Below are positions 38,601 through 49,600 of a stretch of 64,000 bases of DNA, in pieces. The DNA lies in the IMG/VR virus record IMGVR_UViG_3300027969_000074, positions 25,058-89,057 of that record. One strand, written 5' to 3'. The notes under the pieces were generated by a model that did no database searches, was not told where the DNA came from, and saw only the letters and a program-made list of their open reading frames with translations. Numbering within the stretch: position 1 is the first letter of the stretch; every line of letters begins with the position of its first letter. A program made the position numbers and the translations under genes. The DNA comes from a virus.

Positions 38601-41600
38601 TCCGCTTGTGCCTGAAGTTCCAGAAGAACCATTTGAGCCATTAGAACCTGATGTTCCGCTTGTTCCTGAGCTTCCAGTAGCGCCCGACGTACCAGAAGTA
38701 CCAGCAGATCCACTTGAACCAGAAGTTCCAGAAGTTCCTGAGCTACCATTCGAACCAGAAGTTCCGCTTGTTCCGGAAGTTCCAGAGCTTCCGCCAACTC
38801 CGCTTGTTCCAGAAGTACCAGAAGTACCTCGTGTACCTGAAGTACCAGATGTACCAGCTAACCCATTAGCATGCCAAGAAAATGTATATTGAAGCCCATT
38901 CGCAAATTGTCCTGAGCTTGCAATTGAAGTAAGTGAAAGATTATAGGTTAATGTGGCTCCTGCGCCAGAGGTTGAAACAGCAGATACTGTCCAAAGTCCT
39001 AATTTTGAAGTATTTCCAATCTCATATGCTTGTAAATAAACAGTTGCTCCTGAATTTACAGCAGTTTGTAATTGAGTTAGCCATGTTCCATATCCAAAAC
39101 TATTGTATGCAACATAGTTTAAGCTTATAGTTACAGCAGACATAACAGCACCACTAGTGGAATCAGTAAGAAATTGACCAGCGGAGGTTGTTCCTGGAGC
39201 TCCAGTACCGGCATATGTCCATCTACCTGAATTAGCTCCATCATTTCCATTAATACCAGATGTACCAGAAGTTCCCGAGCTACCATTTGAGCCAGAAGAA
39301 CCTGGCGTACCAGAAGTTCCCGAGCTACCATTTGAGCCACTTGAACCTGAAGTTCCAGAAGAACCATTAGAACCAGAAGTTCCAGAAGAACCAGTTAATC
39401 CGCTAGAACCTGACGTACCGCTTGTTCCTGAAGAACCGTTTGAGCCAGAGCTTCCTGAGGTTCCAGCCGTACCGGAGCTACCGTTTGACCCACTAGAACC
39501 TGAAGTTCCTGAGCTTCCATTTGAGCCAGAAGAACCATTTGAGCCGCTTGACCCTGAAGTTCCAGAAGTTCCACTAGAACCGTTTGAACCTGAAGTTCCA
39601 GAAGAACCAGTATTACCTGAGCTTCCGGATGTACCACTTGACCCATTTGAACCTGATGTTCCAGCTGTTCCAGAAGAACCATTTGAGCCTGAAGTACCGG
39701 CGGTTCCACTTGTTCCTGAAGAACCTGAGCTTCCAGAGGTGCCTGATGTTCCAGCAGACCCAGAAGAACCATTTGATCCAGAAGAACCAGAAGTACCAGA
39801 GCTTCCGTTTGATCCACTTGAACCACTAGTACCTGATGTACCGCTTGATCCGTTAGATCCACTTGAACCGTTTGAACCTGAAGTTCCAGAGCTTCCATTT
39901 GAGCCAGATGTACCAGAAGAACCGTTTGAGCCAGATGTTCCTGAGCTTCCATTAGAACCCGAAGTTCCTGAGCTTCCATTTGAGCCGGATATTCCTGAGG
40001 TACCAGACGATCCATTAGACCCGTTAGAACCTGATGTTCCAGAAGTACCACTTGAACCATTTGATCCTGAAGAACCAGAAGTACCTGAGCTACCATTTGA
40101 TCCACTAGAACCGGCTGTTCCAGAAGTACCTGAGCTACCATTTGATCCATTAGAACCAGAGGTTCCAGAAGAACCATTAGAACCAGACGTTCCGCTTGTT
40201 CCCGAAGAACCACTTGAACCTGAAGTTCCGCTTGTTCCTGAAGAACCACTAGATCCATTTGAACCAGAAGTACCTGATGTTCCAGAAGAACCATTTGATC
40301 CTGAAGTACCTGAGGTACCGCTTGAGCCGTTTGAACCTGAAGAACCTGATGTTCCGCTTGTTCCTGAGCTACCATTTGAACCACTTGAACCTGATGTACC
40401 AGAAGTTCCAGTTGATCCAGAGCTTCCAGAAGTTCCTGAAGTTCCACTTGATCCATTTGAACCTGAGGTGCCAGCCGTTCCTGAAGAACCGTTTGATCCG
40501 CTAGAACCAGACGTTCCGCTTGTTCCCGAGCTACCATTTGATCCGCTTGAGCCAGATGTGCCAGACGTACCGCTTGAACCATTTGATCCTGAAGAACCTG
40601 AAGTTCCTGAGCTACCATTTGAGCCACTTGAGCCGGAAGTTCCAGAAGAGCCGTTTGAACCTGAACTTCCAGAGGTACCTGCTGTACCTGAACTACCATT
40701 TGAACCGGAAGTTCCAGAAGTACCACTTGATCCATTTGAACCTGAAGTACCAGCTGTTCCAGAAGAACCATTTGATCCTGAAGAACCTGAAGTTCCTGAG
40801 CTACCGTTTGATCCACTTGAACCTGATGTACCAGAAGTTCCAGAAGAACCATTTGATCCTGAACTACCATTTGAACCTGATGTTCCGGATGTACCACTTG
40901 AGCCATTAGAACCAGAAGTTCCACTAGTTCCTGATGAACCATTTGAGCCTGAAGTACCTGAGGTACCGTTTGATCCACTAGAACCGGAAGTTCCAGAGCT
41001 TCCATTTGAGCCTGAAGAACCAGAAGTGCCTGATGTTCCTGAGCTACCGTTTGATCCGCTTGTTCCAGAAGAACCGTTTGAGCCATTAGAACCAGATGTT
41101 CCAGAAGTTCCAGATGAGCCATTAGAACCAGAAGTTCCAGCAGTTCCAGAAGAACCATTTGATCCACTTGAACCTGAAGTTCCAGAAGTTCCGCTTGATC
41201 CATTAGAACCTGAAGTTCCTGAGGTTCCATTAGAACCATTTGATCCACTTGAACCTGAAGTTCCAGAAGTTCCACTTGATCCATTTGAACCGGATGTACC
41301 ACTTGAGCCATTAGAACCACTTGAACCAGATGTTCCACTAGTTCCTGATGAACCATTTGAGCCTGAAGTACCGGATGTTCCTGAGCTACCGTTTGATCCA
41401 TTAGAACCTGATGTTCCACTTGTTCCAGAAGACCCTGATGTACCAGATGTTCCAGAAGTACCAGAGCTACCGTTTGATCCGTTTGAACCTGAAGAACCTG
41501 AGGTTCCACTTGTTCCAGAAGTACCAGAGCTACCATTTGATCCACTAGAACCTGAAGTACCAGCTGTTCCAGAAGAACCATTTGAACCTGAAGTACCCGC

Positions 41601-43568
41601 TGTTCCAGAAGAACCATTTGAACCTGAAGTACCAGAGGTTCCGCTTGTTCCAGAAGAACCATTAGAGCCAGAGCTTCCAGAAGTTCCAGAAGAACCGTTT
41701 GATCCACTAGAACCGGCAGTACCTGAAGTACCAGAGCTACCGTTTGATCCAGAAGTACCAGAGGTTCCACTTGTTCCAGAAGTACCAGAGCTACCGTTTG
41801 AGCCTGAGCTACCAGAGGTTCCACTTGTTCCAGAAGTACCAGAGCTTCCGTTTGATCCACTTGAACCTGAAGTTCCAGAAGTTCCGCTTGAACCGGTTGA
41901 ACCTGAAGTACCTGAGCTTCCATTAGAACCTGAAGTTCCTGAGCTACCACTTGAGCCGTTTGATCCGCTAGTTCCCGAAGACCCATTTGATCCATTAGAA
42001 CCAGAAGTTCCAGAAGAACCATTAGAACCTGATGTTCCACTTGTTCCAGAAGAACCATTAGATCCGCTTGATCCAGAAGTACCAGAGCTACCGTTTGAAC
42101 CTGATGTTCCACTTGTTCCAGAAGAACCACTTGAACCTGAAGTACCTGAACTTCCATTAGAACCTGATGTTCCTGAGCTTCCATTTGAACCTGAAGTTCC
42201 AGAAGAACCAGTTAATCCGCTTGAACCAGAAGTTCCAGAAGAACCGTTTGAACCTGAAGTTCCGCTTGATCCGTTTGAACCTGATGTTCCAGAAGTTCCG
42301 CTTGAACCTGAAGTTCCGTTTGATCCTGAAGTTCCGTTTGATCCGCTAGAACCGGAAGTACCTGAGCTACCATTTGAACCATTAGATCCAGAAGTACCAG
42401 ATGTTCCTGAGCTACCGCTTGTTCCGGAAGAGCCGTTTGAACCGGAAGTTCCAGAAGTACCAGTTGAACCGTTTGAGCCATTAGAACCGGAAGTACCTGA
42501 GCTACCATTTGAACCATTAGAACCTGAAGTACCAGAAGTTCCAGATGAGCCGTTAGAACCTGAAGTACCAGAAGTTCCAGATGAGCCGTTAGAACCTGAA
42601 GTACCCGAAGTACCTGAGGTTCCAGAAGAACCATTTGAACCCGAAGTACCTGAAGTTCCTGATGTACCAGTTGAGCCGCTAGAACCTGATGTTCCAGAGC
42701 TTCCGTTTGAGCCGGCTGTTCCAGAAGTACCCGAACTACCGTTTGATCCATTTGAACCTGATGTACCAGAAGTTCCAGTTGATCCAGAGCTTCCTGAGGT
42801 TCCGCTTGAGCCATTAGATCCATTTGAACCAGAGGTTCCAGAAGAACCTCCTGTTCCGGCTGTGCCGGAAGAACCTGAAGTTCCGCTTGTTCCAGAAGTA
42901 CCAGATGTTCCGCTTGATCCATTAGATCCAGAAGAACCAGAGGTACCTGAGCTTCCGTTTGATCCAGAAGAACCAGCGGTACCTGAGCTTCCGTTTGATC
43001 CAGAAGAGCCGCTTGTTCCAGATGTTCCGCTTGTTCCAGTTGAACCCGACGTTCCAGAAGTACCAGAGCTTCCGTTTGATCCGCTTGAACCTGAAGTACC
43101 AGTTGAACCTGAAGTTCCAGCTGTTCCAGATGAACCACTTGTACCTGATGTACCTGAGCTACCATTAGAACCTGAAGTACCAGAAGTTCCAGATGAGCCG
43201 TTAGAACCAGAAGTACCGGAAGTTCCAGCAGATCCACTAGTTCCTGAAGTACCACCAAGTATCCAGTTTGTACCGTTACTTTCTAATGATAAACTTCCAT
43301 ATTGAATTATAGATTTAGTAAGAGATCCGTCAATTGTTTGAGATGAAGTAGTTGCAACGGTTATTGTACCAGAACCTGAGTTTTTTACAATATAAGCTTT
43401 ACCTTTTATGCCTACTGCACTTGGAAGAGTGACTGTAAATGTTCCAGTTGTACACTCTATAAAATAATCATCAACTCCTATTGAATAAGTAGTACTTATC
43501 TGAGTTAAGGGTAGGGTTATTCCACCCAATGAAATTAGCCCTTTTCTGGTTATAAATTCTTTTGCCAT
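35604..43568 (-). CDS. Giant Gly-X-Y (GTS/GSS/GSN) repeat fibre protein with C-terminal peptidase S74 intramolecular chaperone
   Basis: 2654 aa. N-terminal TVTLPSA...IVKNSG...TIDG fibre domain; about 2100 aa of repeat in four tracts; CBM5/12-like WKGLYTATTYSVNDVVYY...YW; C-terminal YSDRSVKDNV...GVIAQE...LIEAIK. Confidence 0.9.
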   Translation of the reverse strand: MAKEFITRKGLISLGGITLPLTQISTTYSIGVDDYFIECTTGTFTVTLPSAVGIKGKAYIVKNSGSGTITVATTSSQTIDGSLTKSIIQYGSLSLESNGTNWILGGTSGTSGSAGTSGTSGSNGSSGTSGTSGSNGSSGTSGTSGSSGTAGTSGSTGTSGSSGSNGSSGTSGTSGSTGTSGTSGTSGSSGSNGSSGTAGSSGSNGSSGTSGSSGSNGSSGTSGTSGTSGTSGSSGTAGTGGSSGTSGSNGSNGSSGTSGSSGSTGTSGTSGSNGSNGSSGTSGTAGSNGSSGTSGSSGSTGTSGTSGTSGSNGSSGTSGTSGTSGSNGSSGTSGTSGSNGSSGTSGTSGSNGSNGSSGTSGSNGSNGSTGTSGTSGSNGSSGTSGSSGTSGTSGSNGSNGSSGTSGSSGSNGTSGSNGTSGSSGTSGTSGSNGSSGTSGSNGSSGTSGSSGLTGSSGTSGSNGSSGTSGSNGSSGTSGSSGSSGTSGTSGSNGSSGTSGSSGSNGSSGTSGTSGSNGSSGTSGSNGSNGSSGTSGSNGSSGSSGTSGSNGSSGTSGSTGSSGTSGTSGSSGSNGSSGTSGTSGTSGSSGSNGSSGTSGTSGTSGTSGSNGSSGTSGTAGSSGSNGSSGTSGSSGSNGSSGTSGTSGTSGSNGSSGTAGTSGSNGSSGTAGTSGSSGSNGSSGTSGTSGTSGSSGSNGSNGSSGTSGTSGTSGSSGTSGTSGSNGSNGSSGTSGTSGSNGSSGTSGTSGSSGSNGSSGTSGSNGSSGTSGTSGSSGSNGSNGTSGTSGSNGSSGTSGTSGSSGSNGSSGTAGTSGSNGSSGTSGTSGSNGSNGSSGTSGSNGSSGTSGTSGSSGSNGSSGTSGSSGSNGTSGTSGSNGSSGTSGTSGSNGSSGTSGTSGSNGSSGSNGSSGTSGTSGSSGSNGSSGTSGSSGSNGSSGTAGTSGSNGSSGTSGTSGSNGSSGTAGTSGSSGSNGSSGTSGSSGSNGSSGTSGSSGSNGSSGTSGTSGSSGSNGSSGTSGTSGSSGSNGSSGTAGTSGSNGSSGTSGTSGSSGSTGTSGTSGSSGSNGSSGTSGTSGSSGSNGSSGTSGTSGSNGSSGTSGTSGSNGSSGSSGTSGTSGSSGSSGTSGTSGSNGSSGTSGSNGSNGSSGTSGTAGSSGSNGSSGTSGSSGSNGSSGTSGTSGSNGSNGSSGTSGISGSNGSSGTSGSNGSSGTSGSNGSSGTSGSNGSSGTSGSNGSSGSNGSSGTSGTSGSSGSNGSSGTSGSSGSNGSSGSAGTSGTSGSSGSSGTSGTAGTSGSNGSSGTAGTSGSNGSSGTSGSSGNTGSSGTSGSNGSSGTSGTSGSSGSNGSSGSNGSSGTSGSSGSNGSSGTAGTSGSSGSNGSSGTSGTSGSSGLTGSSGTSGSNGSSGTSGSSGSNGSSGTSGTPGSSGSNGSSGTSGTSGINGNDGANSGRWTYAGTGAPGTTSAGQFLTDSTSGAVMSAVTISLNYVAYNSFGYGTWLTQLQTAVNSGATVYLQAYEIGNTSKLGLWTVSAVSTSGAGATLTYNLSLTSIASSGQFANGLQYTFSWHANGLAGTSGTSGTRGTSGTSGTSGVGGSSGTSGTSGTSGSNGSSGTSGTSGSSGSAGTSGTSGATGSSGTSGTSGSNGSNGSSGTSGTSGSNGSSGTSGSSGSNGSSGSNGSSGTSGTSGSSGSNGSSGTSGSSGSNGSSGTSGTSGSSGNTGSSGTSGTSGSSGSNGSSGTSGTSGSNGSSGSSGTSGSSGSNGSSGTSGTSGSNGSSGTSGTSGSSGSNGSSGTSGTSGSSGSNGSSGTSGTSGSSGSNGSSGTSGSSGSNGSSGTSGSNGSSGTSGTSGSSGSNGSSGTSGSSGSNGSSGTSGTSGSSGNTGSSGTSGSSGSNGSSGTSGTSGANGSSGTSGSNGSSGTSGSSGLTGSSGTSGSSGSNGSSGTSGTSGSSGSNGSSGTSGSNGSSGTSGTSGSSGSNGSSGTAGTSGSNGSSGTSGSSGSNGSSGTSGSSGSNGSSGTSGTSGSSGSNGSSGTSGTSGSNGSSGTSGTRGTSGTSGTSGTSGSSGTSGSTGASGAAISDGWDWGTPLASTKIYSNNGNLDAATTILNIAEVSLTSTNYSGVYPSIGVGTLIKTNGGIGGQIVYYRTTGVGVDNGIYWEFPVTYVSGTPWTPSSGTDIIVDISTAGVAGSSGTSGTRGTSGTSGTSGSSGSNGSSGTSGTSGSSGSNGSSGTSGTSGSSGSNGSSGTSGTSGSSGSNGSSGTSGSSGNTGSSGTSGSSGANGSSGTSGTRGTSGTSGTSFTWKGLYTATTYSVNDVVYYFGSSYICIANAAPGDIPTNAAYWSLVALAGTNGTSGTSGANGANGSSGTSGTSGANGANGSSGTSGTSGANGSSGTSGTSGANGSSGTSGTSGSTGTSGTSGVSGASGTSGTSGTSGTSGTSGTSGTSGATGANGSSGTSGTSGATGANGSSGTSGTSGATGSSGTSGANGSSGTSGGTTGTITSGTTGRLAYYSGSTTLAATNTHYDATNGRLSLGNGASPTYKFEVAGDIYATANIIAYSDRSVKDNVKTITGALDKVTSMRGVTFTRNDQEDTTRVHAGVIAQEMETVFPEVVFENANGTKAVAYPALVSVLIEAIKQQQRQIDDLKDQIKKLL
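36787..36977. repeat. Exact 90-bp tandem duplication within the repeat tract
   Basis: The unit starting gaagttcctgagctaccgtttgatcc at 36787 recurs identically at 36877. Confidence 0.85.
39250..43256 (-). repeat. Uninterrupted Gly-X-Y tract, about 1340 aa (9-nt degenerate period)
   Basis: GTS/GSS/GSN triplets in register, with scrambled synonymous codons. Confidence 0.9.
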
Positions 43569-43573
43569 TTATT

Positions 43574-43602
43574 TTTTCTTTTTTCACCTCTCCAAAAGAA
43601 AA
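43574..43602 (-). promoter_or_regulatory. Leader hairpin TTTTCTTTT-GGAGAGGTGAA-AAAAGAAAA with SD-like loop
   Basis: 9-bp stem ending 5 nt before the ATG at 43568; loop GAGGTG is complementary to CACCUC in the 16S 3' tail. Confidence 0.45.
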
Positions 43603-43680
43603 GTATGTTATTGACTCTATAGATATATATTCATTCTCAACTAGTCAAATATTTAGTCTGCATATTTTAGTTTTTAATTA

Positions 43681-46600
43681 TTAAAACATTATTCTACTTC
43701 CTACTTTAACTGTCCAAGTTCCTGAAGTTACTACTGCATTCAAGTAAACGTTTGTTCCGTCAGTTGATGTAGCAAATGATATACCTGCAGTTGAGCTTCC
43801 AATATCTGGAGTTGAATAGTCAGTATCTACAGTTGTTGCATTATCCCATGCGGCCATTACTGTACCAGCTCTTTTGCTAGTTCCATTAGAAACAAAGTAG
43901 TCAAATACTGCTGAATTTCCAGCCGATACTAAGATTGTAATTAGTACTCCACTTGCACTTACTGAACCTCCATTATATGAACTTATACCTAAACTTGTTC
44001 CATCAAATGTTAAGTTTGCTTCTGCATTTGCTTGGCCTGATGTACCAGTTGCAGTTAATACCCTGTTATCTGAATTATTTGTGATATTAGCAACTCCAGA
44101 AGTACCAGATGAACCGGCAGTTCCAGATGTACCAGTTGAACCTGATGTTCCAGCCGTTCCGCTTGTTCCAGAAGAACCGTTTGACCCTGAAGTTCCACTT
44201 GATCCATTTGAACCAGAGCTGCCCGATGTACCAGAAGTTCCCGAGCTACCATTTGAGCCAGAAGTTCCACTTGATCCATTTGAACCTGAACTACCGCTTG
44301 ATCCACTTGTTCCTGAAGTACCTGAAGTTCCGCTTGAGCCGTTTGAGCCGCTTGAACCTGAAGTACCTGAGGTTCCGCTTGACCCATTTGATCCTGAAGA
44401 ACCTGATGTTCCTGAGCTACCAGAAGTACCAGAGGTTCCACTAGAACCTGAAGTACCTGAGCTACCGTTTGATCCACTTGAACCTGATGTACCAGAAGTG
44501 CCATTAGAGCCAGACGTACCAGAGCTACCATTTGATCCACTTGAACCAGAGGTTCCGGAAGTACCAGAAGAGCCGTTAGATCCAGAAGTACCTGATGTTC
44601 CAGTTGATCCACTTGAACCAGAAGTTCCAGAAGTACCTGAGCTACCATTTGATCCACTTGTTCCTGAAGTTCCAGAAGAACCATTAGAGCCAGAAGTTCC
44701 TGACGTACCAGTTGAGCCGCTAGAACCTGATGTACCGCTTGTTCCTGAGGTTCCAGAAGAACCATTTGAACCTGAGGTTCCTGAAGAGCCGTTTGAACCA
44801 GAAGAACCTGAAGTACCTGAGCTACCATTTGATCCACTTGAACCAGATGTACCAGAAGTACCAGTTGAACCTGAAGTTCCAGAAGTTCCGCTTGATCCAG
44901 AAATACCGGCAACAAACATTTCTAAAAGAATATCATCACCGGCAGATGGAGTCCAAATTGAACCATATTCATAAACTACTGAGAAGTTCCAATATGCTCC
45001 AGCATCGGTAGGTATTGAAATAACTCGATAATATGTAAGATTAGTATGAGAAAGATCCTGTAATTGAATAAGTGTTCCAATACCAACTGCTGCAAATGGA
45101 ATTGCATAATTTGTACTACTTAATGATACTTCCGCAATACTTAAAGTATTAGTAGATGCATTAAATGCAGAGTTATTACTAGATATTTTAGTACTAGCTA
45201 ATGGTGTTCCAAAATCCCAACTATCATCAATTGCGGCTCCACTATATCCACTTGTTCCAGCAGAACCAGAAGTACCGCTTGAACCTGAACTACCTGAAGT
45301 ACCGCTTGAACCTGAACTACCTGAAGTACCATTTGAACCTGAAGTTCCAGATGTACCGCTTGAACCGGCTGTTCCTGAGCTGCCGGATGTTCCAGAAGAT
45401 CCATTAGACCCGTTTGATCCACTTGAACCTGAAGTACCAGAAGTTCCGCTTGAGCCTGAAGAACCGTTTGATCCGCTAGAGCCGGATGTTCCTGAGCTAC
45501 CGTTTGACCCGCTTGAACCAGAAGTTCCACTTGTTCCAGATGTACCGCTTGAGCCTGAAGTGCCCGATGTTCCAGAGCTACCATTTGAGCCTGAAGTTCC
45601 AGAGCTTCCGTTTGAGCCACTAGAACCAGATGTTCCAGAAGAACCACTTGTACCTGAGCTTCCGTTTGATCCACTAGAACCGCTTGTTCCTGAAGAACCG
45701 TTAGAACCTGAGCTTCCAGATGTACCAGAAGTTCCAGAGCTACCATTTGAACCTGAAGTTCCGCTTGTTCCTGAGGTACCACTTGAACCATTTGATCCAG
45801 ATGAACCAGAAGTACCACTTGAACCATTTGAGCCGCTTGAGCCAGATGTTCCTGAAGTTCCTGAGCTTCCATTTGACCCACTAGAACCTGAAGTTCCTGA
45901 GCTTCCGTTTGAGCCAGAAGAACCACTTGAACCAGAAGTTCCAGTTGATCCGCTTGAACCTGAAGTTCCGCTTGTACCGTTAGAACCAGAAGTACCTGAG
46001 CTACCTGAGCTTCCATTAGAACCTGAAGTTCCAGAAGTTCCACTTGAGCCATTAGAACCAGAAGTTCCGCTTGAACCGTTAGAACCAGAAGTACCAGAAG
46101 TTCCAGCAGTACCAGATGTTCCTGAGCTACCGCTTGTTCCGGAAGAGCCGTTTGAACCGGAAGTTCCAGAAGTACCACTTGAACCTGACGTACCTGATGT
46201 TCCAGATGAACCTGAAGTACCTGAAGTACCTGATGTTCCAGATGAACCTGAAGTTCCGCTTGAACCATTTGAACCTGAAGTTCCAGAAGTACCACTTGAA
46301 CCGCTAGAACCAGAAGTACCACTTGAACCGCTAGAACCAGATGTTCCACTTGAGCCGTTAGAACCAGAAGTACCAGCTGATCCGCTTGAACCTGAAGTTC
46401 CACTTGATCCTGAGGTACCGCTTGATCCGCTTGAGCCTGAAGTACCGCTTGAGCCAGATGTACCAGATGTACCGCTTGAGCCAGATGTACCAGAAGAGCC
46501 GTTTGAACCTGATGTACCAGAAGTTCCTGATGTACCAGATGTTCCTGATGTGCCATTAGATCCGTCTACTCCACTTATTCCACTTGTTCCTGATGTTCCA

Positions 46601-49600
46601 GTAGATCCGCTTGAACCGGAAGTTCCGCTTGTACCGGAAGTACCAGAAGTACCACGTGTTCCGGATGTACCGCTTGATCCGTTAGAACCTGATGTACCGG
46701 AAGTTCCACTAGAACCTGATGTACCAGAAGAACCATTTGAACCTGAAGTACCAGAGCTTCCATTAGATCCAGAAGAACCTGATGTACCGGAAGTTCCACT
46801 AGAACCTGAAGTTCCAGAAGAACCATTTGAACCTGAAGTTCCGCTTGAACCAGAAGAACCTGATGTTCCGCTTGTACCAGAAGAACCTGAGCTTCCGTTT
46901 GAGCCTGATGAACCTGACGTTCCTGAGCTGCCATTAGATCCTGAACTACCTGATGTACCAGAAGTTCCGCTAGAACCGTTTGAACCAGATGTTCCAGAAG
47001 TACCTGAAGTTCCTGAAGAACCACTTGTACCAGAAGTACCAGAGCTACCATTAGAACCTGAAGTTCCGCTTGATCCATTAGATCCCGATGTTCCTGAGCT
47101 ACCAGAAGTTCCAGAAGAACCAGTTGAACCAGATGTACCTGAAGATCCATTAGAGCCTGAAGTACCAGAGCTTCCATTTGAACCTGAGGTTCCGCTAGTT
47201 CCACTTGAACCATTTGAACCTGAAGTTCCTGAGCTTCCACTAGTTCCGCTTGAACCTGAAGTTCCAGAACTACCATTTGAACCTGAAGTACCGGATGTTC
47301 CAGAAGAACCGCTTGTTCCAGATGATCCATTTGAACCTGAAGTACCGGAAGTTCCACTTGTTCCATTTGAACCAGACGTACCTGATGTACCAGAGCTACC
47401 ATTTGAACCTGAGCTTCCTGAAGTACCAGAAGTTCCTGAACTACCATTAGATCCGCTTGTGCCTGAAGTACCACTAGAACCGTTTGAACCAGAAGTTCCG
47501 CTTGATCCTGAGGTACCGCTTGAGCCGCTTGAGCCTGAAGTACCTGATGTTCCAGATGTGCCACTTGATCCAGAAGTACCTGAACTACCAGAAGTTCCTG
47601 AGCTACCATTTGAACCAGAAGAACCTGAAGTTCCAGAAGATCCATTAGAACCTGAGCTTCCTGATGTTCCTGAGCTACCTGATGTACCGCTTGTTCCAGA
47701 AGTACCATCAGTTCCACTTGTTCCAGAGCTTCCAGAAGTACCTGACGTGCCGCTTGACCCTGAAGTTCCAGAACTACCATTTGAGCCGGAAGAACCTGAA
47801 GTTCCACTCGAGCCGTTTGAGCCTGAAGTTCCAGAAGTTCCACTTGTTCCAGATGTTCCTGAAGTACCGCTTGAGCCAGATGTTCCAGAAGATCCGCTTG
47901 AACCACTTGTTCCAGATGTACCAGAAGAGCCGTTTGATCCAGAAGAACCTGAAGTTCCACTAGAACCGCTCGTGCCTGAGCTACCGTTTGAGCCGGAAGT
48001 TCCGCTTGAACCGTTAGAACCTGAAGAACCTGAAGTACCAGAGCTTCCATTAGATCCAGAAGAACCTGATGTTCCAGCAGTGCCACTTGATCCAGAAGTA
48101 CCAGCAGTACCGCTTGTTCCTGAGCTTCCTGATGTACCAGAGCTTCCATTAGATCCAGAAGAACCTGATGTACCGCTTGAGCCTGAGCTACCGTTTGATC
48201 CACTCGATCCAGACGTTCCTGAAGAACCATTTGAGCCTGAGCTTCCTGATGTTCCACTTGTTCCTGACGTTCCAGAGCTACCGGTTGATCCACTCGATCC
48301 AGACGTTCCGGATGAGCCATTTGAACCAGATGTTCCTGAAGTACCAGAAGTTCCATCTGAACCTGAAGAACCTGAAGTTCCGCTTGAACCGTTAGAACCT
48401 GAACTACCTGACGTACCTGAAGTACCGCTTGTTCCTGAAGAACCATTTGAACCTGAGCTTCCAGAAGTTCCGCTTGAACCAGAAGAACCTGATGTACCGC
48501 TAGTTCCTGAGCTACCATTTGATCCGCTTGATCCAGAAGTACCTGACGTACCAGTTGAACCTGAACTACCTGAAGTTCCTGAGCTACCGTTTGAACCAGA
48601 AGAACCTGAAGTTCCAGAGCTTCCATTAGATCCTGAGGTACCGCTTGTTCCAGATGTACCAGTTGAACCTGATGTTCCAGAAGATCCGCTTGTTCCGCTT
48701 GATCCTGAGGTACCGCTTGTTCCAGTAGAACCGCTTGTACCAGAAGTACCGGCAGTACCTGATGTTCCTGAAGTACCGCTTGTTCCGCTTGAGCCATTTG
48801 AACCACTTGTGCCAGAAGTACCAGAGCTTCCATTTGATCCTGAGGTACCGCTTGTTCCAGTAGAACCGCTTGTACCCGCAGTTCCGCTTGAACCTGACGT
48901 ACCTGACGTTCCAGAAGATCCGGCTGTTCCGCTTGTTCCAGAAGAACCGTTTGAGCCGTTTGAACCTGAAGAACCAGAAGTTCCGCTTGTACCTGAAGTA
49001 CCTCTTGTTCCAGAAGTACCAGATGAACCTGATGTACCAGCAGTACCAGAAGTTCCGCTTGACCCTGAAGTACCGGATGTACCGCCTCCAACAATTAATG
49101 ATGCATTAAACCATGTTCCAGTTGATGTTCCAGCAATATTTTGACTTGTCGGATTTCCAGTAAACGCAGTTACTTCAATATAGTCAGTTGTTCCATTAAA
49201 ATATGCAATTGTATTAAGTGTTTGAAAATATGGAATAGTTGTATTTGCAATAGGGTTTTGAGCAATTGCTATTTGGGTAGTTCCATTTTTTCTTAATTGA
49301 ATATTAGTTTGGTTGTTGTTAATTGATCCTGCTTCCCATAATACTTGTGTATTAATAGTATAGTATCCTGAAACAGTAGGTTGGAATTTGTTAGTGCTCC
49401 ACCAATCTTGTGGATCAAAGTCATCAATTAATGCAACGACTGTATCACTTCCATAAAGGATAGTTTGAGCAGCTCCACTATTTGTTGCCTTAACCACATA
49501 ATTACTTTGACTTAGTAAACCACCACTTGTTCCAGAAGAACCAGCAGTTCCTGAAGTACCGGATGTTCCTGAAGTTCCGCTTGTTCCAGAAGTACCTGAA

